DNA from: a virus
DNA: 64,000 nt
Strand: one strand, 5' to 3'
Virus record (IMG/VR): IMGVR_UViG_3300045988_173816
Coordinates: 128,001-192,000 of that record
Below, one piece after another: positions 1 through 8,395 of the stretch. Position numbers and translations under genes: made by a program. The notes beneath the pieces were generated by a model, which did no database searches, had not been told where the DNA came from, and worked only from the letters and a program-made list of their open reading frames with translations. Each line of letters starts with the position of its first letter. Positions within the stretch are counted from its first letter, which is position 1.

Positions 1-1199
1 CTGTTCTATTTGGAGTAAATGATGCTTTTTGGGTTATTCTTTCTTCGACTTATTACACTGCTCGTACTTCAATGACTGCAACATTGCCTAAATTGATTGA
101 GCAACAAGGTTTGAGCATAGAGTCTAAAGTAGTTAAAAATCATATCTACTTATTTTATCTGATGCTCTTACCGTCAGCAGTTGGTAGTTTTATGTTTCTA
201 CCTAAATTACTGCTCATTCTAGGTGTGCCTCCAACAGATTTACCGTTCTACATACCTTATTTTCAATTATCGATTGTTTCGATTTTAATTGCAGCGCCTT
301 GGTCAATATTTATCCCATCGTATCTTAGAACTAGAGGTAGAAGTAAAGAAGCTACGGTTTTAGACCACGCTAATGCTTGGTTTATGTTATTCGGTATTTT
401 CTTCACAACTCATATCTTACATTTGGGTGTAAATACCGCTTTAGTTGTAAATATGATAACTAATGCCATTCCTTTGTATTGGTTCTTGTGGAAGAAGCCT
501 ATACCTCAGTTCTTCTCTAAAGGTTTTGAGTTTTCTTGGAAAGAAATTAAAACCTATTGGAAAATCGTTAAATGGGAACTTGTCAGACGACTTGCTCCAA
601 GGGTATCCGCTATTATTGGGGTAGGTCTTACAATTACAATCAATCCAATTTACGCAGCCATTAAATATTGGATTTCAAACCTAATGATGTTACCTGAAGG
701 TTGGGTAGACTCAATGGCTGGGTTGCTCAATAGTCACGTTTCTCGAAATGCCGGTCTGAATGAATCAATTCCATATAAAGATAATAAATTTGTCTTTTGG
801 AAAGCTTCTATTGGAGCAATTCTTTCGATAGGTCTTATTTACCTAATTGCTTATTTTGGGTTATCTTGGCTACCAGAGTCGATTTATCAAGGTATTATAT
901 CTCCAATTATTTGGTTATTATTACCTATTGAGATTATAACTAAACTCCGTTACTACATGTGGCTTTCTATTAGTCGTTCATACCGACATGATTTAAATGG
1001 GGTTGCTCAACTTATTTATGCAATTCCAACTGCAATATTAACTCCTACTTTGTTATGGTTGTTCCTACATCACTTACAATTTAGTTTTGAGTCTATTTTC
1101 GCCGTTGGAGCTATTATCGGAACAGTTCAGTGGTTAGGTACAGAGATTTATTTTAGAGCTAAGTTATCGAAAGGAGATTTATGCACTCAGCAGATTTAA
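1..1199 (+). CDS. Polytopic membrane protein, MOP/MATE-flippase-like, 5' end outside window
   Basis: The frame is open from nt 3 to the listed ATG at 72, so the gene is cut by the window edge. About 10 hydrophobic helices in a two-halves layout. Family assigned by eye only. Confidence 0.5.
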   Translation, partial: VLFGVNDAFWVILSSTYYTARTSMTATLPKLIEQQGLSIESKVVKNHIYLFYLMLLPSAVGSFMFLPKLLLILGVPPTDLPFYIPYFQLSIVSILIAAPWSIFIPSYLRTRGRSKEATVLDHANAWFMLFGIFFTTHILHLGVNTALVVNMITNAIPLYWFLWKKPIPQFFSKGFEFSWKEIKTYWKIVKWELVRRLAPRVSAIIGVGLTITINPIYAAIKYWISNLMMLPEGWVDSMAGLLNSHVSRNAGLNESIPYKDNKFVFWKASIGAILSIGLIYLIAYFGLSWLPESIYQGIISPIIWLLLPIEIITKLRYYMWLSISRSYRHDLNGVAQLIYAIPTAILTPTLLWLFLHHLQFSFESIFAVGAIIGTVQWLGTEIYFRAKLSKGDLCTQQI

Positions 1200-2167
1200 C
1201 TTGCGCATCTTTCTTTGCAGGAGTAGGTGGTATTGATTTAGGGTTTAAAGAGCAAGGTTTTCGTACAATTTATGCAAATGAATTTGATGCGAAAGCAAGA
1301 GAAACCTTTTCTTTGAATTTTCCTCATGTTCAGTTGGATGGTAGAGATATTCGAGAAGTGTCTGCTTCTGAGGTTCCTACTGTAGATGTTATTGTTGGTG
1401 GCTTTCCTTGTCAAGCTTTCTCTATTGAGGGGTATCGGCAAGGTTTCCGTGATGAAAAAGGTCGAGGAACTTTGTTCTTTGAGTTAGCTCGTATTATAGA
1501 AGAAAAGCAACCGCAAGCTATTTTCTTGGAAAATGTAAAGAATTTAGTGAACCATGATAAAGGAAATACTTTTAAAGTAATTTTAAAGACTTTAGAAGAC
1601 TTAGGTTATTATGTGACTTATAAAGTGATGAACGCTGCTGAGTTTGGCAATATTCCACAAGGTCGCGAGCGTATTTACATTGTAGGGTTTAAAGATAAGG
1701 CGGTATCCGAATCTTTTCAATTTCCTGAGAAAATCCCTTTATCTAAGACTGTCTTTGATGTTATTGATTTCAAAACTCAAGTAGATGAGCAGTATTACTA
1801 CAGAGAAGATAAGCATTATTATCCTTTGTTGAGAGATAATATTGTATCTGTAGGTGGTATTTATGAGTACCGCAGAGGACTTACAATTAGAGAGAACAAA
1901 AGCGGTGTAGTTCCTACCTTGTTAGCTTCTATGGGTACAGGTGGTAATAATGTACCCTTGATTTTGACAGAGAGTGGTGAAATTCGGAAACTGACACCAA
2001 GAGAGTGTTTCAATACTCAAGGTTTTCCTGGTTCTTATCAATTTCCAGAGAAAATGGCTAATAGTCACTTATACAAACAAGCAGGAAATAGCGTAGCAGT
2101 TCCAGTGGTATCAAGAATTGCGAAGCAGATTAAATTGGATTTAGAAAGTGAGCAAGTAGATGAGTAA
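1181..2167 (+). CDS. DNA (cytosine-5)-methyltransferase
   Basis: All C5-MTase motifs in order: FFAGVGG (I), GFPCQAFS (IV, catalytic Cys), ENVKNL (VI), QGRERIYIVG (VIII), TPRECFNTQGFP (IX), GNSVAVPV (X). Overlaps the upstream gene by 19 nt. Confidence 0.93.
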   Translation: MHSADLTCASFFAGVGGIDLGFKEQGFRTIYANEFDAKARETFSLNFPHVQLDGRDIREVSASEVPTVDVIVGGFPCQAFSIEGYRQGFRDEKGRGTLFFELARIIEEKQPQAIFLENVKNLVNHDKGNTFKVILKTLEDLGYYVTYKVMNAAEFGNIPQGRERIYIVGFKDKAVSESFQFPEKIPLSKTVFDVIDFKTQVDEQYYYREDKHYYPLLRDNIVSVGGIYEYRRGLTIRENKSGVVPTLLASMGTGGNNVPLILTESGEIRKLTPRECFNTQGFPGSYQFPEKMANSHLYKQAGNSVAVPVVSRIAKQIKLDLESEQVDE

Positions 2168-2567
2168 AAATAAAAGAAAACAACTTCAACAAGCTTTAGA
2201 GAAGACTTTTGATAAAGTTATTGGTTTAGCAGATAGTGTAAATGGTGAAACTATTGAGGTTTCTGCTAAATATTTGGTTTATGTAGAACTTGCAAAAGAC
2301 TTAATTTATTTATCTTTAGAAAACAAAAAGTCAGGTAAAAGAGTTCATGACTTGCATATTTCAGTATCAAAAGACTTGGATGTTTTCTTCGCAGGTAGTG
2401 TTTATAGACCAGAAAGTTCTTTACCTGCAAGTTCAAGGGAGCACATAGTTCCATATTCTGCTAAAGATACTCGATTTTTCACATACGGTTTTGAACTTTT
2501 GGTAGAGTCTATTACAACAGACTTCCAAGTAGCTTGTTTCTTGAGTGCTTTGGAAGAGTTTATCTAA
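2160..2567 (+). CDS. Hypothetical protein (distant member of paralogue family A)
   Basis: ORF overlapping the MTase stop by 8 nt. Its VSAKYLVYVELAKD..HDLHISV pattern resembles the ORFs at 3093, 3561 and 4042. Confidence 0.6.
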   Translation: MSKNKRKQLQQALEKTFDKVIGLADSVNGETIEVSAKYLVYVELAKDLIYLSLENKKSGKRVHDLHISVSKDLDVFFAGSVYRPESSLPASSREHIVPYSAKDTRFFTYGFELLVESITTDFQVACFLSALEEFI

Positions 2568-2584
2568 TTACGGAGGGTTTTGGT

Positions 2585-2932
2585 ATGGCTTACGGAAAGA
2601 GTAGGTACAATGCGTATAGAAAACGCAGTTTTAACAGAAGTGATACTCAACGAAGGGTTTACGCACAAGCTATGGATGAGCTAGAACAATCAATCATTTG
2701 AGTTATTAGCACAAGAGGGTTGGTCAATATCGAGTCATTTAGATAGTGCTTACAAGAATTATGAGTATTTTCAAGTACGCTTGTCCAACCACTCAGCAGA
2801 TAATCAATATCATGATATTCATGAAGGTTATTTGATTATCAATATTAAAGCTAGTAAACAAGATTTCGTATGGCTTATTGAGAGTTATTTAGACCATTTG
2901 TTGTCATACATAGATACGTTGGGACTTAAGTA
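2585..2932 (+). pseudogene. Fragmented ORF (three pieces in two frames), probable decayed gene
   Basis: ATG at 2585 with a GGAGGG RBS gives 38 codons to TGA at 2699. Coding-like sequence continues in the +1 frame (2685-2891, no start codon), then returns to the first frame to TAA at 2930-2932. Confidence 0.35.
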
Positions 2933-3092
2933 AATATAGGTTTATCAATGTAACTAATAGAGGTAAGAAAATTACGTGCTATTACAGAGATTTTAAAACT
3001 AAGAAAGACGTAATCGACAAAAGGTATGGGTTTGATTTTAAAGAACACGCTGAGGATTAAACTATGAAAGATATAATTGAGGTTTAAGTGAA

Positions 3093-3557
3093 ATGGTAAA
3101 ACTAGCAAACAAACAGACAATTGAGTTATGGAACCACTTAAGACAAGGTTTTGAAGAGACTTTGAATTTTGATGAGAACCGTTTACCAGTAAAGTCAGTT
3201 AATCAAGTTTCTTCTAGGTATAAGTGTTCTGTTTTATTGAGTGGTTATGTTTTTCAAATAAGACTATTGAAAAACACACTTGAAACTAATTTAGATACGG
3301 ATTTAGTTCACGAAATTGAGCTTTATTACGATAGAGAGTTAGGTAGAATTTCCTTTAAGAGTGTTACGTGTAACCAAAAGACAGGTAAACGGAACGTGGT
3401 ATCTGCGCAAGCTTACTTACCTAGTTTAGTTGAATATACTATCTTTAAACAGATTTTAACTGATTTAGTTGAAAATATAGCAACAATTAAGCAAGTTGAT
3501 TACTTAAACTTAGGTGTTCAGTTATCAGGTTTTGGTTTTGATGTGATAGAGGGTTAA
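3093..3557 (+). CDS. Hypothetical protein, paralogue family A
   Basis: ORF with a GAGG RBS. Shares VSSRYKCSVLLSG..LVHEIELYYDRE with the next gene. Confidence 0.7.
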   Translation: MVKLANKQTIELWNHLRQGFEETLNFDENRLPVKSVNQVSSRYKCSVLLSGYVFQIRLLKNTLETNLDTDLVHEIELYYDRELGRISFKSVTCNQKTGKRNVVSAQAYLPSLVEYTIFKQILTDLVENIATIKQVDYLNLGVQLSGFGFDVIEG

Positions 3558-3560
3558 GGT

Positions 3561-4034
3561 ATGATTAATTTTAAATCTCATCAACGAGAAGAACTTTGGC
3601 GGACTTTGATGAATGCGTGTGACTTAATTCTCGATTCGGAGAAGAATAAAGAGCCTTGCAAAGCGGTATCTGAGGTTTCGCCTAAGTATAGTTGTTCGGT
3701 TGAACTTTCAGGGAAACATATTCAGTTACAATTATTGAAATACAATCCACAAACAAAATTGAACTCAGACTTGATTCACGAAATCGAAATTCGATTGGAT
3801 GTGGAAAGGGATAGTATATTTTTTAGAAGTCACCGTCCTTTTGTAAAAACAAATTATTCTGGATTGTCTTCTGGGCTTTCCGTATCTGAAATGACTTCTT
3901 CTCAGTTGGCTAACTCAGTAACTCAACTTGTAAACCATATTCCAACGGTTGAGCTGGTTGAGCGATTCAATTCAGGACTACAGAGCTTTATGTGGAGCAA
4001 AGAATATTTTAATGCAGCTATAGGAAAGAAGTAG
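3561..4034 (+). CDS. Hypothetical protein, paralogue family A
   Basis: ORF 3 nt after the previous stop. VSPKYSCSVELSG..LIHEIEIRLDVE is a clear paralogue of 3093-3557. Confidence 0.7.
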   Translation: MINFKSHQREELWRTLMNACDLILDSEKNKEPCKAVSEVSPKYSCSVELSGKHIQLQLLKYNPQTKLNSDLIHEIEIRLDVERDSIFFRSHRPFVKTNYSGLSSGLSVSEMTSSQLANSVTQLVNHIPTVELVERFNSGLQSFMWSKEYFNAAIGKK

Positions 4035-4041
4035 GTAGTTT

Positions 4042-4491
4042 ATGAGCAAATACAATGGTTTAAAAAGAGACCAATTAGAGAAGTTGGTTTTAGAAAGGTT
4101 AACTTGGTTTTTTAAGTATTTAGAGGGTCAGTCGTCTTATCCTATGGGTAAGTTCTCCACGGGTATCCCTTCTCCGAATGGGGGAGAATATTTAGTTTGG
4201 GTAGGTTGCTCTGAGGGTACGATTTCTTTTACTTTGCAAGATACTACTGGAGTTGATTATCACAATATCAAGATTGATAAGTTTGGTGGTGCTAGACAAG
4301 TTGTAGAGATTGCAAGTAGACCTTTTAGAGAAACAGGTGTTATTTGGTTTGGTAAAAGTTTCAGTCTTCGTTGTGATTGGGATGACTTGAAGAGCAGCCC
4401 AACTATGTTCCTAACACAAGCTCTACGTGTGGTTAGAAAGAAAGACCAAGTATTAGCTTATTGGTTAGGGTTGGTTCACATTTTACAATAA
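4042..4491 (+). CDS. Hypothetical protein, paralogue family A (divergent)
   Basis: ORF with an RBS, same size class and same C-terminal helix pattern as the family members. Confidence 0.65.
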   Translation: MSKYNGLKRDQLEKLVLERLTWFFKYLEGQSSYPMGKFSTGIPSPNGGEYLVWVGCSEGTISFTLQDTTGVDYHNIKIDKFGGARQVVEIASRPFRETGVIWFGKSFSLRCDWDDLKSSPTMFLTQALRVVRKKDQVLAYWLGLVHILQ

Positions 4492-4990
4492 TGAGGAGAT
4501 GCCTTAAAGCCTTTTTGCTACAACGTAGGATGAAAATTCAAGCGTGAAGGTAGCGAAAGCAGAAAGAAGAAACAGGATGTTGATACAACTTAGTAGTTGA
4601 TACAAAAGTGAACGGTTATAAAGCTGAAATAAAAGCTAATCAGTGTCTAGTAAATAAAATAGTGACTGCTAGAAAACGTTAGTGCTAAGTCAATACAAAC
4701 AAGGGTAAGTTTCGGTAGGAATGTCCTAAGTTTCAAAAAAAATGAGATATGGTTAACCTCTAACGACTATCTTCTGATGGGGGAGTAAAGCCACAAGCTA
4801 AAGGTGGAAGAAAAATCTTTGGTCTAACTACTCATAAAAGTTGTGTTAGAGTAGTTCAGATTGACATATAGTCTGCGCACAGTTTGTAATGGAAGTGTCT
4901 AGGAATTGACCTAGCTGTTAGGGGTTGCGCCTTAATGGAAACTATCAAAAGTACGAAAAGCACATTGAAAACTGAATAACACGATAAAAA
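4492..4990 (+). ncRNA. Candidate structured RNA upstream of RHH-tnpB (group-I-intron-like?)
   Basis: No ORF >20 codons. 8-bp hairpin 4826-4833/4849-4856, nested hairpin 4875-4930, 10-nt direct repeat GTTGATACAA at 4579 and 4596. GACTA (4765) and TAGTC (4869) loosely resemble group I R/S core elements. Confidence 0.3.
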
Positions 4991-4994
4991 TTTG

Positions 4995-5023
4995 TTGCAT
5001 TAAATTCAATAATATGATACAAT
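4995..5023 (+). promoter_or_regulatory. Sigma-A-type promoter for RHH-tnpB
   Basis: TTGCAT, 17-nt spacer, TACAAT. Confidence 0.55.
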
Positions 5024-5055
5024 AGGTTTATCAAATGTTTAAGGAGAAAATCGAT

Positions 5056-5232
5056 ATGACAGGAAGACCTAAATCTAAAAAGGGAGTTAAGGTACATACT
5101 GCTTTCAAAATTTATCCAAAGGATAAAGAAAGAGCACAAGTTATGGCAGATAAACTTGATATGAGTCTGTCAGCGTACATTAATAAAGCTGTTTTGGAGA
5201 AGTTAGACTATGATGAGAAGTCAGAAGCTTAG
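5056..5232 (+). CDS. Ribbon-helix-helix (CopG/Arc-like) DNA-binding protein
   Basis: AAGGAG RBS 9 nt before the ATG at 5056; the listed start at 5035 has no RBS. Basic N-terminus, beta strand VHTAFKIY, then two helices (KERAQVMADKLDMSLSAYINKAVLEKL). Confidence 0.65.
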   Translation: MTGRPKSKKGVKVHTAFKIYPKDKERAQVMADKLDMSLSAYINKAVLEKLDYDEKSEA

Positions 5233-6451
5233 ACTAAAACTAACCATGGAGCAAGAAAGTCTTGCATGGTGGTATAGTAAGGTCTCACGCAACTATTGGA
5301 ACCTCTTAGTTGATATTGATAAACGTAATAATAAAGGTGAATTTGATGAAATTTTGAGTAGAAATGGGAATAAAACTTATTACTCAAAATTCTATGATAG
5401 AGATATTTATAGTCTCAGTCAATCCGATTATCTCAACCTTGCTAAGATTGTTGTCGCTAAAAACTATGATGAAGATGATGAAGCATGGTCTTGGTATTAT
5501 CAACCGAATCAATCGTTTATCTATGCTTTTCTTGTTAAAGAATTAGTAAAAATTAAGATACAAAATAAAGGTAGATTAAAATTTAGAAGTATCGATAAGA
5601 TTCGACCAAGCTTCAATGTTCGTTGTGATATTTCAGCTGATAAGAAACGCTCTAGTCGTATTTATCTAAAAGATAACGGTAAACTTCAAATTCCGACTCT
5701 CGGAGATGTTAATTTCGGTTCCACTAGAAAAGATTTCGATTTATCAGGTAAGAAACAAGTTGCTAATATTTCCTTTGATGGGAAGTATTGGTACTTGTCA
5801 TACATGGTAGAGATTGAAGTTCAAGTTACTGATTTACCAGATTATACAGATGGTGTTGGAGTGGATTTAGGTATTAAAACTCTTGCGACTGTTTCTGATG
5901 GTACTATTGTGCCTAATATCAAGACATTCAGACGAGTTCGTATCTTAAACAAGCGCTTGAAACGATTACAACGTAAAGTTTCTCGTAAATACCTTATCAA
6001 TAAATGCAACAAACACAATAAAACAAAGAACATTATTAAGCTAGAAAGAGAAATTAAATTGATACACCGTTCACTAAGGAACATTCGTATCAATCATATT
6101 CGTAAATTTGTCTCAGAGTTGGTTAAGAAACAACCACAATATATTGCAATCGAGGACTTGAACGTAAAAGGAATGATGAAGAACAAACGTCTTGCAAAAG
6201 ATATTGCGAATTGTTCCTTTTATACTATCAGAGAACACCTTATTAGAAAGGCGAAAGAGCGCCAAATAGCGGTTAGGTTGGTAGATAGGTTTTATCCTTC
6301 TAGTAAGACTTGTTCAAAGTGTGGTAGTTACAAACAGGATTTAAAACTCAGTCAAAGAGTGTATCCTTGTAATAACTGCCAAGAGAAGATAGATAGAGAT
6401 TTCAACGCTTCGATAAATATTGCAAGAACAGACAGATATATCCTAGCTTAA
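5210..6451 (+). CDS. tnpB: TnpB-family RNA-guided endonuclease (IS200/IS605 accessory protein)
   Basis: Complete RuvC triad: VDLGIKT (D), IAIEDLNVKGM (E), DRDFNASINI (D). Zinc finger CSKCG..CNNC. Typical N-terminus KLRLKLTMEQ. Confidence 0.9.
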   Translation: MMRSQKLRLKLTMEQESLAWWYSKVSRNYWNLLVDIDKRNNKGEFDEILSRNGNKTYYSKFYDRDIYSLSQSDYLNLAKIVVAKNYDEDDEAWSWYYQPNQSFIYAFLVKELVKIKIQNKGRLKFRSIDKIRPSFNVRCDISADKKRSSRIYLKDNGKLQIPTLGDVNFGSTRKDFDLSGKKQVANISFDGKYWYLSYMVEIEVQVTDLPDYTDGVGVDLGIKTLATVSDGTIVPNIKTFRRVRILNKRLKRLQRKVSRKYLINKCNKHNKTKNIIKLEREIKLIHRSLRNIRINHIRKFVSELVKKQPQYIAIEDLNVKGMMKNKRLAKDIANCSFYTIREHLIRKAKERQIAVRLVDRFYPSSKTCSKCGSYKQDLKLSQRVYPCNNCQEKIDRDFNASINIARTDRYILA

Positions 6452-6684
6452 TTGATTTGTTTTATTGCCTTTGGAAACTAGAGGTAACTAGTTTCAGTGG
6501 TAGGTCAGCCGTAAAGCCGAACCACTATAATACACACGCCCTGAAAATTATGAGTATAGCAAACAAAGAGTAGCTTTGGCAAAATTTGGCTCAATATGGG
6601 AATGTCAACTGTGTTATTCAATTTTTGATTTTTAGCACTTTTGACTGACGGTTAACTTATCGAACTTCACAAAGCGAAAACGCT
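6452..6684 (+). ncRNA. Putative omega-RNA / right-end region of the TnpB element
   Basis: ORF-free tail with perfect hairpins 6474-6495 (8 bp) and 6670-6687 (7 bp), plus stem 6496-6501/6531-6536. TnpB guide RNAs are normally encoded at the 3' end of tnpB. Confidence 0.35.
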
Positions 6685-6945
6685 TTGTATATAGACTTAG
6701 TTACGTTAGATAACCAAGCCCTTCAACCGTTTACTATTCAAGTGTATGTGAAGGATAATATTCCTTGGGTGCATTTGTACTATTTTGATAAGAATAAGGT
6801 AAATAAAACAGTGGATGAACCTCTAACTGAGGTTCAAACTACTTTGGCAGATTTAATTAGTGGTATACCAAGTCAAAGTCGTGTGGTAGCTTTTAGAGAC
6901 GCATTATATCTCAATTTAAGAAGTTTTGTTTATTGGGAAGATTAG
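6685..6945 (+). pseudogene. 5'-truncated family A paralogue
   Basis: Only a TTG start, and it lies inside hairpin 6670-6687. Lacks the ~50 N-terminal residues seen in paralogues. The frame is open back to 6649 only. Directly abuts the TnpB element. Confidence 0.35.
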
Positions 6946-7128
6946 AGGTGTAAAGTTAGGGTATTCAAAAGCAAAGTAAAAGAAGAATTATTACAAGAGC
7001 TTAAAGATTTTATCTTTTGGTATCGATCTCAACTCGCAAAGGATTTAGTAGGACCTGTATATATTGACGAACCTTTAACTCGTCAAACAGTAGCTAGTGT
7101 AACGGTTTATAATGATTTTTCTGTATCT

Positions 7129-7386
7129 GTGGGTTTAACTGACCTTAAAGAAAATCCGTTATTTGAATTTGAGATTGATTTTAGGACTACTCTCAATTCA
7201 GAGTATGTAGTTATTAAATACTGTAGTGAAGAAGGGTTGAGTTCTGTTGATACTTTAAGGTTAACTGACACTGAGGGTATCGACCGTTTTCTAGTTCAAG
7301 CTATTAAGGTTATTCCGTCTGAAACTTACATCAAGCATTACTTGAATATTTTCCAAAACCACATTCGTGGTTGGTTAGTTTTATAA
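7129..7386 (+). CDS. Family A paralogue; frame open from 6946 but no canonical start before GTG 7129
   Basis: 147 sense codons run from 6946, in frame with the upstream ORF and separated from it by a single TAG. An AGAGGTG RBS at 6944-6950 suggests a lost or non-canonical start near 6955-6961. Confidence 0.5.
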   Translation: MGLTDLKENPLFEFEIDFRTTLNSEYVVIKYCSEEGLSSVDTLRLTDTEGIDRFLVQAIKVIPSETYIKHYLNIFQNHIRGWLVL

Positions 7387-7406
7387 ATAGAATTGAGGTA
7401 AAAACA

Positions 7407-7685
7407 ATGGAAAATCAAACAATTTCAACACGCGGAGTAAGATTGAAGTACAAAGATAGTTATGTCCAAGCAGTCATTCTTCCAGATGGTCGCAAACTAG
7501 CGATTACAGGTAGCACTTATGGTATGGGTGCTCCAATCTCAGCTTTGACAGATATTGCATTGGCTAAGAAGTCAGATTTGAAGTGGGTGTTAAGTGATTT
7601 ATTGACTTATGGGTATCAGGAAGTTGATGGCTCTGCGCATTATGAAGAATTGCGAAATATCGGTAACACTTTACCTTGGAACTAA
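7407..7685 (+). CDS. Hypothetical protein, paralogue family B
   Basis: ATG at 7407 with a GAGG RBS. VQAVILPDGRKLAITGS matches the next gene. Confidence 0.7.
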   Translation: MENQTISTRGVRLKYKDSYVQAVILPDGRKLAITGSTYGMGAPISALTDIALAKKSDLKWVLSDLLTYGYQEVDGSAHYEELRNIGNTLPWN

Positions 7686-7706
7686 GTAAAGAAAGTAGGT
7701 AAATAT

Positions 7707-7985
7707 ATGAACAACATTCAATTTCGTTTTGAAACTTCATACGGTTATGATTTTGTCCAATTTGTGATTTTGGATGACGGTCGTAAGTTTGCAATTAAAG
7801 GGCAGATGGGAGTAGGTTTTGCTATTCACCCTAGTTACACAATTTATGTGAAGAAGAAGTCCGAATTGAAAGATTTCTTGGATAAAGCTATTCAATATGA
7901 TGGATATGTTTTAAAAGATAATTACACTGATAGATTAGAACTTCAAACATACGAAGACCATGTTTTTCGTTTCTCATCTAACTAG
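7707..7985 (+). CDS. Hypothetical protein, paralogue family B
   Basis: VQFVILDDGRKFAIKGQ, a paralogue of 7407-7685. Confidence 0.7.
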   Translation: MNNIQFRFETSYGYDFVQFVILDDGRKFAIKGQMGVGFAIHPSYTIYVKKKSELKDFLDKAIQYDGYVLKDNYTDRLELQTYEDHVFRFSSN

Positions 7986-8000
7986 AAAAGGCGGTATCCT

Positions 8001-8210
8001 ATGCGAAATTTTGCCTTATATAATCCGAGTAATGATTTATATGTGTCTTATGTCGTTTTCAATCGTAAGACAAAGAGTTATGATATTGAGTTTACACGTG
8101 ACTTACACTCTATTCGTTTTTGGAAGATTAAGTCAAGTGCAGAAGCTCAGGCACAACGTGTTTTCGATTGGAATAGGAATGTTGCTTTAGAAGTGAGAGA
8201 GCTTCGTTAA
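8001..8210 (+). CDS. Hypothetical protein
   Basis: Short ORF with an RBS, last gene of its operon. Confidence 0.55.
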   Translation: MRNFALYNPSNDLYVSYVVFNRKTKSYDIEFTRDLHSIRFWKIKSSAEAQAQRVFDWNRNVALEVRELR

Positions 8211-8217
8211 AATGGGC

Positions 8218-8246
8218 TTGACACATTTAGTTTTATTTGTTAAACT
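8218..8246 (+). promoter_or_regulatory. Sigma-A-type promoter
   Basis: TTGACA, 17 nt, TAAACT. Followed by a ~150-nt structured leader. Confidence 0.6.
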
Positions 8247-8395
8247 AATAAAAGTAAAAAACTTAGCTTATTAGGTCTATAACCTAATGGTTGTAGGTCT
8301 ACATAAACTAAGTTTAGTTTATTCTATTCTATTTTATTCTATTCACACTAAACCTTAGTAAAAAATAATATTTTTATTCTAAGGAGGTTTATCTT

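Larger units (their letters stand above)
4492..6684 (+). mobile_element. TnpB-bearing insertion (IS200/IS605-derived, possibly IStron-like); boundaries approximate
   Basis: 2.2-kb block with a 500-nt ORF-free structured region, its own promoter, RHH gene, intact tnpB and a hairpin-rich 3' tail. It is the only >2.5-kb stretch without SGGTATC. The gene to its right lacks its 5' end. Confidence 0.5.

Noticed and set aside
2690-2705. Programmed +1 frameshift at ATT-TGA-G (prfB-like)
   Set aside because: No upstream SD-like stimulator. A second frame disruption ~180 nt downstream (about 2880) means a single programmed shift cannot restore the protein, so a pseudogene is more likely.
4857-4875. 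Firm identification of the group I intron S element (AUAUAGUC)
   Set aside because: The same bases can form a local 7-bp hairpin (CAGAUUG/UAGUCUG), and I could not find complementary P3/P4/P6 partners. It is kept only as a low-confidence hypothesis within finding 2.
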